A DNA stretch of 64,000 nt from Thecamonas trahens ATCC 50062 (lineage: Eukaryota; Protista; Apusomonadida). Positions 53,042 through 61,609 of this stretch are shown here, one piece after another; the first letter of the stretch is position 1, and every line of letters begins with the position of its first letter. The notes under the pieces were generated by a model. That model ran no database searches and was not told the origin of the DNA. It saw only the letters and a list, made by a program, of their open reading frames with translations. The position numbers and the translations under genes were made by a program. The stretch spans positions 1-64,000 of the forward strand of contig NW_013657677.1 of assembly GCF_000142905.1 (NCBI RefSeq). Direction: 5' to 3'.

Positions 53042-55084
53042 TCACTTGAACAGGTACCGCTTGCGCTTGGCCGTCGGCGATGTTGCCGAGCCGGGCGACG
53101 CCGTGCTTGCCGTCGCCTCGTCGTCGTCAGACTCGCTTCGCGCGCGCTTGCTGTTGCTCGACGGTGGCGTCGCCAGCATCGACGGGCTAGATGCTGCCAC
53201 GCTCGCTGCCCGCGAGCCGGGCGGTGCGTTGAGGAGCGCCGAGAGGTTCGGCACACACACTGTTCGCTCGATGGGGAACGGGAGCGGGTCCGCCGCCGCC
53301 GCCGCCTTCTCGCCACTACTCTCGCTCGCCGCGCTCATCGCCTGCGTCGGCTGTGTCGGCTGCGTCCTCCGCGGAGGCTGCGGCGGTGCTGCTGCTGCCC
53401 GCCGCGCCGTGCCTGGCTGCGTCGCCGATGCCATGACAATGACCCGGATCGCCGAGTCTGCCACAAGGACGCCGGCGGCCGAGTTGTACGACCCGCAGTA
53501 GTGCGAGGACGAAAAGACGGTGATGACCCGGGCAGACTTTTGGTAGGAGACTCCGAGCGACGGCGGCTGGTGGGCCCGGACAAGGAACGAGCATCCAGTC
53601 TTGGCCAGGAACGAGTCGACGGCCTCCGAGCCAAAGACCACCGTCCGCCCGCCGCGCGAGTTGAAGCCAAAGCCCGGCGGGAACGCCGGCTGCCGCGCAA
53701 GGACCGCCTCTTGCGCCTCAGTCGCCGGATCCGCCCACAGCAAGTCGGACAGCAGCGCAGACTCGTCTTCGTCGAGCTCATTATCATAGATCGGCCGCGG
53801 AAACGTGGCCAGCCGCTCCGCCACCGTCGGCGCCTGCCGGTTGGTCGACGACACTGCCGCCAGCTCGTGCACAATCCGCGGAATACCGCCGTGGACGCAG
53901 AAGATCTCCTTGTCCACAATCGCCGCAAACGGCATAAACGCAAACGCAAAGTTGACCGACCGCCACACCCGCTCGCCATCGACACGCACCTTGTCAGTCA
54001 TCTGCATGCACTGCGCAAGGAACGACGACGCCCCGTACAGCTCTGCGTCAGAGTTGACGCTCGCCATCTCGTGGTTGCCACGCAGCAGAAAGACCTTGTT
54101 CGGCGCAAGGATCTTGAGCGCAAGCAGGTATCCGATCGTCTCCAGCGAGTGCGCCCCGCGGTCGACGTAGTCGCCCAGAAACAGGACAGACGCCGGACAA
54201 AGCTTGATGCCCAGAGGCCAGAACCGGTCCTCAAACAGCCGCAAGTCGCGGTAGTTGCCGTGCAGGTCGCCCAGAATGTACGTCGGCGCGCTCACAGAGA
54301 GCAGGATCCGGTCGCGCTTCACCACTCTGCTCGCCCGCTCCGCAACCTGGCACAGCTCGCTCACAAACTTGAGCCGCGCCGCGCGGCTCACCCACTTGTG
54401 GCTCGGCTGTAGCACTGCGTCCATCTCGTGCACAGCCTCGCTCCCGTCCCGTGCCACAAAGCTCGAGTTCAGAATCGCCAGCAGCGACTCGGCCAACATC
54501 ACATCCTGTGCATCAATCTCGTCGTCGTCATCATCGTCATCGTCATCGTTATCGTTACTACGAGTCTCGCCGGCTGCTGTCCTGCCCCTCCTGCCGGCCT
54601 CGCCACTTCCAGCAGCAGTGCCAGAGGCGCGCGAGCCTCTGCCCGGGTCCAAGCTCGCAGGCTTGCCCGCCCGAGCCCGCCCAGGCGGGAAGAGCGCCGA
54701 CCACGAAGCCGAAGTCAGCATCCGCTCCGGGAACGGCGCCGAGGTCACCACCTTGCCATCACGAGTCACGTCGAGATAGTCCGGGTCGACAGCATACTTT
54801 GTCCGCCCGGCCGCCGCATGCCCGCACCGCGAGCACACTGCCTCAGTCTCAGACGAACCACCAGCCGAGCTTCCTGACATTGGATCTGCTCTACTTGTCG
54901 CATTCTCCGCATTCTCCGGCTTTGTACCCTCGCCCACGACCACCTGTGTCGCTGACGACGCCACGTCGGTCCCGGTCTCCTCCGAGTCGGAGACCGAGTC
55001 GGTGAAGAGCGGCTGCGACGACATCAACTCTGTCCTTCCGAGCTCCTCTGCAGCCTCGAGTTCCACACGCCCTTCTCGGGCCAT
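53042..55084 (-). CDS. PPP-family Ser/Thr protein phosphatase, about 680 aa, with long low-complexity N- and C-terminal extensions
   Basis: Intact motifs GDLHG, GDYVDRG, LRGNHE, HGG, WADP, RAHQ and TVFSSSHYCG. The start at ATG 55084 (MAREGRV) is inferred; the ORF-track start at 55249 is a non-ATG codon. Confidence 0.92.
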   Translation of the reverse strand: MAREGRVELEAAEELGRTELMSSQPLFTDSVSDSEETGTDVASSATQVVVGEGTKPENAENATSRADPMSGSSAGGSSETEAVCSRCGHAAAGRTKYAVDPDYLDVTRDGKVVTSAPFPERMLTSASWSALFPPGRARAGKPASLDPGRGSRASGTAAGSGEAGRRGRTAAGETRSNDNDDDDDDDDDEIDAQDVMLAESLLAILNSSFVARDGSEAVHEMDAVLQPSHKWVSRAARLKFVSELCQVAERASRVVKRDRILLSVSAPTYILGDLHGNYRDLRLFEDRFWPLGIKLCPASVLFLGDYVDRGAHSLETIGYLLALKILAPNKVFLLRGNHEMASVNSDAELYGASSFLAQCMQMTDKVRVDGERVWRSVNFAFAFMPFAAIVDKEIFCVHGGIPRIVHELAAVSSTNRQAPTVAERLATFPRPIYDNELDEDESALLSDLLWADPATEAQEAVLARQPAFPPGFGFNSRGGRTVVFGSEAVDSFLAKTGCSFLVRAHQPPSLGVSYQKSARVITVFSSSHYCGSYNSAAGVLVADSAIRVIVMASATQPGTARRAAAAPPQPPRRTQPTQPTQAMSAASESSGEKAAAAADPLPFPIERTVCVPNLSALLNAPPGSRAASVAASSPSMLATPPSSNSKRARSESDDDEATASTASPGSATSPTAKRKRYLFK

Positions 55085-55567
55085 GACTACTTGTTTGCGT
55101 CGAGTGAAGACGAGTATGTACGGGGGGGGTCTGGGGGGAGGCTGTTCTTCCCCCCTGTGGCTCTTGTCTCTGCGTCCACTGATCAGCCGCGTTTGCCAGA
55201 TCGCACCAAAAGGTCGTGAAACGGACAAAAAAGGTCGCAAAGTGCGCACACTTCACAAAGATAATAGCAAACGTCCCATGGAACACTCTCTATGAGACTG
55301 GGGGGGGGATCGGGATCGCGTGCGATGGATACGCAAGAACGATGTGTGATGTGGGTGTGGAGCTAGAGATGGCGTAGGTACACGATGTGTGTCTAATGCG
55401 GTCGTACCACGCTGGAGGTAGGCTCTTGAGCTGGTATGTGTGTTGATCAGGTGTTGGTAAGGAACTCTACAGCAGGTGTGTACTCTGACTGGGATCAGGC
55501 AACAAAGATAGGGAGGGATAGGGATATGGATAGGAGTGAGGGGAGGGCCAGGGTGGAGAGCCACGGC

Positions 55568-56416
55568 TCAAACACGCGAGTCGGCAACATGTGGCATGGG
55601 CGGAACATACTCGCCCTTGACGATGAGAACGTCTGCGCCGGCATTGACCGCGACGTACTTGGCGGTCGAGCCGAGCGCCTTGCGACGGAAGCCAACGAGC
55701 GCCCGCGGGGTGCGGGCAAGAACAATTAGGTCGATGCCGTGGCCCTCGGCCGCGAGGCAGATGAACTCGCCGAGGTGATACGACCGCCCGACAAGTCCGA
55801 TGACATTGTCGATGCCGGCAGAGCGCGCCGCGTCGACGTAGTACGCCACCACTCGCTTAGCCCGATCAAGCGCCACCACATCCTGCCCAGCCCGTGACAG
55901 TTCGTTTGGCACCACCGAAATCACATGCAACATGTCGCTCTCGGCATCCATCAGCCCAGCCGCAGCCACAAACGCCGCGTAGCAGCCGACAGACTCATCC
56001 ACGGGAATCATGAGCTTCCGCTGCTGTCCGCCTGCTGCTCGCCCGCCTCCACCCATTGACGCCGCAATGATCATCGAACCCGGCGAGCTGTTGATCGAGG
56101 AGTTGGTTGAGCGGCGGGAGACCACCGCATCACCTCCATCGTCGTCCTGCTCCGATCCAGGAGGACCAAGGGCAGCTTCTGCAGCGGCGGCCTCCCTCTC
56201 TGCCCGAGCAGCGCGCGATGCAGCAGCAGCATCAGCAGCCTCTCCGGCTGCCCGAAAGGCATCCAATGAGAGATCGTCATCAAAGCGAAGAACAATGACA
56301 TCGTCAAGCGCAGCATCAGGCACGGCATCGATGAGTGCTGCCAGTCCGGCCGTAGCAGGGTCGTCTGCTCCTGTCACCGCAGCCCAAGCCGACGAAAGAA
56401 ACGACTTGACAGCCAT
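55568..56416 (-). CDS. Universal stress protein (UspA-domain) protein, 282 aa
   Basis: KLMIPVDES...DMLHVISV...ICLAAEGHGIDLIVLA...LGSTAKYVAVNAGADVLIVK fits the Usp fold pattern, preceded by an N-terminal extension. Confidence 0.85.
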   Translation of the reverse strand: MAVKSFLSSAWAAVTGADDPATAGLAALIDAVPDAALDDVIVLRFDDDLSLDAFRAAGEAADAAAASRAARAEREAAAAEAALGPPGSEQDDDGGDAVVSRRSTNSSINSSPGSMIIAASMGGGGRAAGGQQRKLMIPVDESVGCYAAFVAAAGLMDAESDMLHVISVVPNELSRAGQDVVALDRAKRVVAYYVDAARSAGIDNVIGLVGRSYHLGEFICLAAEGHGIDLIVLARTPRALVGFRRKALGSTAKYVAVNAGADVLIVKGEYVPPMPHVADSRV

Positions 56417-56713
56417 GGCTCTTGCTATCCTCTGTCTCTATATGGCTACGTGTCCTCGTTGCAGATTGACTTGGCCAGGCGTGCGGTGTGGTCGTCCCCG
56501 CTCACTGCGCCTGTCCGTGCCAAGAACGTGACCTCGTCCCCCACCATCGGTGTCAGAGTCGTATCGCTGTCATGTGGGCCACGCCAATCTGAGGAGCAGA
56601 GGCGGCAGGCCGCCACTCTTCCAAGTCTGACTCGGCACGTTACACGTTCATTAATGCTATTCTGCCCTTTGGTCGTCGTCCAAGACATTGCTCAGTCTCG
56701 AGCTCGTCACGAT

Positions 56714-58159
56714 CTACGAGGTAAAGCCGTAGGCATTGGTCCTTCTCCCGTTGCCGCCTGACCGCCCGCCGCGGCCACGGCCTCGGCCTCCGCCGCGGCG
56801 GTTGCGGTTGCGGTTGCGGTTGCGGTTACGGTTGCGGTTGTTGTTCGACCGCTGTGCCGTCGACGCCGTCGTGCCAAAGGTCTCCGAGTCGAGCTCGGCC
56901 TGCTTGGCCCGCATCTCACGGCCGGTCACGCCGGCCTGCGCCCGCTTGGCCCGATCCGACGCGTCGTTGGAGATGGTGTCAAAGAACGACGACTTCTCGT
57001 ACTTGCCCAGGTCATCGTCGAGATCGCCCGTCGCCACCGTTGCCGCCGCCGCAAACCGCTTGTTTGCCGCACCAAAGTCAAACTCTGCGTCAGGCACCGC
57101 CGGCGGCGCGCGCGACGCAGGGTGCGCGCTCCCTTGGCTCCGCCGATTCCCTTCCTGGTTCCCGCCCTGATTCCGGCTCTGGTTCTTACCACGTGCGCCT
57201 TGCCGCCCACCGTGCTTCTGCGCGCCGCCCTTGGGCGCCAGAGACCGCCCGCCGAGTGTCGGCAGCGATGTCTGCGACGGTGGCAGCAGCGACGTCGGCG
57301 CGGCCGATTGCACCGGCGGATGGACAAGCGGCTGGGCCGGGAGGCGAGCCTGAGCAGCCTGTGCTTGAGCAGCCTGCGCCTGTGTCGCCGCCGCCGCCTG
57401 CGCCTGTGTCGCCGCCGCCGCCTGCGCCTGCGCCTTGACCTGTGCCGCCTGCGCCGCCACCAGCTGCTGATGATACAACATCATCTGCTGCTGCTGGTAC
57501 ATCTGCTGCTGTTGCTGCGCGTACAGCACCTGAGCCGTCTGCTGGCTCGGCTGGCTGGCATCGGTTTGCGCCGGCGTCGCCAGCCCGCCCCACCCAGCGG
57601 GCGCAGGCGCAGGCGCAGTCGTAGGCGCAGGCTCAGGCACAGGTGCAGGCACAGGTGCAGGCGCAACAGCCTCAGGTGCTCCCGCCACGGCCGCCACCCG
57701 CAAGTCGGCAATGTCCGAGCCCTTGAAGATGAGAAAGTCGTCGACCTTGGCCGAGGCTGCGACCTCATTGGCGCCACCTGTGCGACCCTCTGTTCCAAAC
57801 GACCGCACTGTCCACCCACACCCATGTACAATCATATCCACCCATACCAACCAACCATGTCAGTCATGTCATCTCTACCTTCTCTCCCCCCCCTCTTTCG
57901 TCCCATACTCCCACCATGCACTTTGCCTGCCCCCTCTTACCCCTCGCGCCACGTCGCGTCTGTCGCTTCAAAAAACCCCTCTTCGAGGTCCGAGGGGGGG
58001 GAGGTGGGGGGGGGTACACACAACGCGTGTATGGAGGCACGTACCGTTCTGGAGAGCTACTGTGTGGTTTTGAGCATCGATAGAGTACAGAGTACCCACA
58101 TACCGGACCTGGGTCTTGCAAAGAAGCTCGATTTGTGAGCCGAAATACAACTGGTCCAT
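56714..58159 (-). CDS. LSM14: LSM14/Scd6/RAP55 mRNA decapping activator, about 402 aa; complement(join(56714..57807,58045..58159))
   Basis: The LSm domain MDQLYFGSQIELLCKTQVRYVGTLYSIDAQNHTVALQN/VRSFGTEGR is completed by splicing (GTACGT donor, ACAG acceptor). FDF (EFDFGAANKRF), FFD (SFFDTIS) and TFG (SETFG) boxes and an RGG tail follow. Confidence 0.93.
56798..56839 (+). repeat. (GCGGTT)n hexamer microsatellite encoding (NR)n in the LSM14 tail
   Basis: About 7 copies with one mismatch, read directly. Confidence 0.85.
57808..58044 (-). other. Spliceosomal intron of LSM14 (237 nt)
   Basis: GTACGT...CTGAC (candidate branch point)...ACAG; splicing restores the conserved QNVRSFGTE. Confidence 0.9.
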
Positions 58160-58375
58160 CCTGCCCGCGTAGAGAGGAAGGTGTGTGTGGCCGGTCACAA
58201 TCCGCAGCCACCGCCCGCAGCCCGCAGCCCGCAACCAGCCGAGTCGCTCTGCCACCCATCAACTACGACCTTTTTTCCCCATCAACCACGACCTTTTTCC
58301 CGCCCACCTCTCACCGCTCCTCCCCCTCCCCCCCTCCCCCCCAACCCACCTGGCTCCTGCTTGCGAGTATTCACC
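58160..58375. promoter_or_regulatory. Probable bidirectional promoter region (216 bp) between LSM14 (-) and the Pro-rich gene (+)
   Basis: Head-to-head start codons at 58159 and 58376. No specific element identified. Confidence 0.5.
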
Positions 58376-60366
58376 ATGGAAGGCCTCGCTGCCGAGTTTC
58401 AAGCAGCGCGGGCACGCCAACGTCAAATGGATGGTATGCTTACAATGCCTCCAACCTGCACCTTGCCCGTCCCCCCCCCCCCCCCCCCCCCCCCCCCCTT
58501 CCCCCCTTCCCTTGCCGCCCAACGTGCGCATGATCGCGATCTTGGCGCCAACCCTCCCCCACCTCCTCACAGCCCGCCCTCCCCTCCACCCCCCCCTCCC
58601 CCCACACACCCTCGAACATCATAGACATTGTTGGGCTAATCATGCAGCGACGTGGGGCTTCTCGCACCGATGAGGCGAGCACGGCGCCCGACAGCAGCCG
58701 CCCGGACATGCAAGCGGCGGGCGAGTTCGCGACCGAGTCGGCACAGAAAGGCGGCAAGAGCAAGCGGGCGAGCAAGGCAAAGCCAAAGAAGAAGAAAAGG
58801 ACGTCCAAGAGCGGCAAAAAGGCAAGCAAGAAGAGCGCCAAGACAAGAGCAACAAAAGCCGCTGGCAGTTTGCAGCCTCCTTCCGACAGCTCCGGCCCGA
58901 CTGAAGCATCAGCTGCTCGCCTAGCTGATGCACTTGCTCCAGCAGCTTACCAGCGGAGCAGAGGAGAGGGCGCGTTGGTGGCTGCCGCCCGGACGGCGGA
59001 AAACATGGCGGAAAGCGTCCAAGTTCCGGTGGTGGCGGGCGTCATGGAAGCGATGGCCGAGCTGGCTCGGGTGGCGCATGGTGCCTGTGTTGTATTCGTG
59101 CAGGATGAGCCGCCGCAGCCCGACGACACTCAGTATGCGGTGTCTGTGGTGGATGCTGCTGCTGTGACGGTGCTCAAGGCCGCTCAGGGCCTCGCCGATG
59201 CTGGTGGTGGTGCCGCCGTTCTCGACGCCGCCGCCAACCTTGTCCGTCTGGCCAAGCATCTCAACGGTGCCGTCATCACTCTGGCCGCAAACCCCGGCTC
59301 CAGCCTTGCGCTCGATGCCCTCGACGCATCTGCCGTCACCCTTGCTGGTGCCTTGATGTCGTGGATGGGTGTTCCCGACTCGGATCCAGAGCCGCAGCCG
59401 AGTTCTTCCGTCACGCCTGCGCCTGCGCCTACGCCTGCGCCCACGCCCGCGCCTGCGCCCGCGCCTACGCCTGCGCCTGCGCCTATGACTACACCTGTGC
59501 CTATGACTACGCCTGCGCCTGCGCCTGCGCCTGCGCCTGCGCCTGCGCCTATGACAACACCTACGCCTACACAGGCTGCAGCATCCCCTGCACCTGCACC
59601 TTCGCCGCCTGCGCCGGCCATCACCGCCACTCCTGCGCCCGCGTCGTCTACGCCGGCCACCCCCACCACCCCCACCCCCACCACCCCCACCCCCATCCCC
59701 ACCACTCCCACCTTCCCCATCCCCAACACCGCCACCGCCACCCCAACCACCCCCATCCCCACCCCCACCCCTTCCTCCATGTCCGCCACCCCCATCTCCC
59801 CCACCTCTCCTACCTCCACGCCTCCATCCCCCTCTCCGCCCCCGCCCCCGCCACCCCACCCACCCCCCGGCCTCGCGCGCGCGCCCGCCGCGCCCACCGC
59901 CCGCCTCTCACTCGCCGCTCTCGCCGGGCTCCCGCCCCACACTCTGACTCGCCGCTGTCGCCCATGGCCCGCCCCACTCGCACCCACTCGCTCTCGCTCT
60001 CGCCGCTCTCGCCAGATTCAATCGCGTCGTACGCATCGCCTCAACCCCAACTCCAACTCCAACCTCAACCCCAATCCGACCCGCAGCCAGAGCTCCACAC
60101 CATCATGCTCGGCCTGCAAAGCCAGCTGGCAAAGCTACAGGCCGACAACGAGGCTCTCCGCTCCGAGCTCACCGCCTCGTACGAGGCCAAGCTTGCCTCC
60201 ATGGAGGCCACCCTCGCCACAGAGCGCAGCTCCATGACCTCGCAACTCGAGTCGCTGCTCGCTGAAAAAGCTCAGCTGCAGGAGAACCATGCCCGCCAGA
60301 TGGCCTCACTCGAAGCCACTCTGCACGCTGTCCAAAACCAGCTCTGCACCCTTGCATCGGCCTCCA

Positions 60367-60397
<31 letters not shown>

Positions 60398-61586
60398 CTC
60401 TGTTCTTCGTGCCCGCTATGCCGCGCCCAACACTCCGGCCTCACCGGCAGCTGTTGACTCACCGCTGGCGCCGCTCAAAGGCATCGGTGTTGTCCGTCGC
60501 CAAACCTCGCTCCCGCCGCCACCTGCCGCGCCTCTTCAGACCACGTCGCCTCCGGCCGACATGGAGATCTCCATGGCCGTTGCCCATGACGACGAGAACG
60601 TCGACTCGACGAACACCCTCGCCGGCCACGCCTATGACAGCGACCTCCGCTCTGACATCGAGGCCCTCATCCAGGCTCAGCTCTACACCCACGAGCACCT
60701 TGCGTCACTGCAGACGCAGCTCGACTCGATTGCCGCGCCTGCGCCGTTCCCGCCCGCTTCCGGTCGCCAGCACGTCTTTGCCCCGGCGCCGCTGCCCGCG
60801 CTGGACCCGGCCGACTCGCCGGTTGTCCCGGCCTTTCTCCGCCAACATCCTCACACCTCCGTCCATCACAACGAGCTCGACATGGAGCTCTCGCTCGCCG
60901 AGGCCACCGCGGCCATGGACCTCGCCTCACCGCCGCGCCACCGTCAAGCGTCGCCCGACTCGGCCTCGCCGCTTGCCTCGCCCATCCTCTCCGACTCGGT
61001 CGTCGATGGCCACGCCAGCACGGCCGAGACGATGCCAGTCGATGCGACTGCCGCCGATCACGACTCGATCGCCGGTCTCTTGCGCCGGATGAACGACCGC
61101 CTGGACGCCATCGAGCAGCGCGCCGCCCTCCGCTCGCCGCCCGGCCGCTACACCTCGCACACCCTCGCCGCCGCCCGCTCCTCCATCCTCGGCAAGGCCA
61201 CACCGTCGCCCATGGCCCACCGCACAGCCGTTCTCCCACCACAAGGTCCGTCGGCAAGCGACCTGCGCTTCCGCTGGGACCGCCGCAGAGCCCGCCTCGC
61301 CGCTGGCTCTAGCGCCCGCACCAGCCGCTCCTCGCGCGCCACGCTCCACGCCGCCCCGCTCACCCCCATCTCCAAGTACGCGCACTTGCTCGACGCTGAG
61401 ACTCCCCCGCTGAGGCGGAGCATCCGCCCCGGCGAGCCGCTGTCGTGGGACGAGCTCGACCACCACCACTCTCACGCTCACTCTCACTACCGCCCGCCGC
61501 CCCGCCGCCCCACCGCCTCGCCGGCCCCGGTTGCTCTCGACATGGCCGCCCTCGCCTCGCTCACCGCCACCCCAACCCACTACTGA
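58376..61586 (+). CDS. Uncharacterised protein of about 1006 aa: Lys-rich segment, helical bundle, Pro/Ala/Thr linker, coiled coil and disordered tail; join(58376..58433,58625..61586) with one frameshift near 59935-59938
   Basis: MEGLAAEFQAARARQRQMD is followed by a GTATGC donor at 58434 and a TAG acceptor at 58624, giving an in-frame join to DIVGLIMQRRG. ORFs 58642 and 59361 join on adding one C (LAGLPPPHSDSPLSP). Coiled coil: LQSQLAKLQADNEALRSEL. Confidence 0.65.
58434..58624 (+). other. Probable spliceosomal intron (191 nt), C-rich with a long poly-C tract
   Basis: GTATGC...CATAG, phase-compatible. The alternative CAG at 58647 leads to an early stop. Confidence 0.6.
59415..59870 (+). repeat. 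(GCGCCT)n and ACCCCC-type low-complexity repeats encoding PA/PT/poly-Pro
   Basis: Read directly: PAPAPTPAP...TPTTPTP...PPPPPP. Confidence 0.85.
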
Positions 61587-61609
61587 CCTACGCTCGCCTC
61601 ATGCTGTAT

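Noticed and set aside
59361-59930. Cys/His-rich 'CACAC/HPHPH' metal-binding protein at the start of ORF 59361
   Set aside because: It is the alternate frame of the PA/PT repeat. The real frame appears to switch only near 59935.
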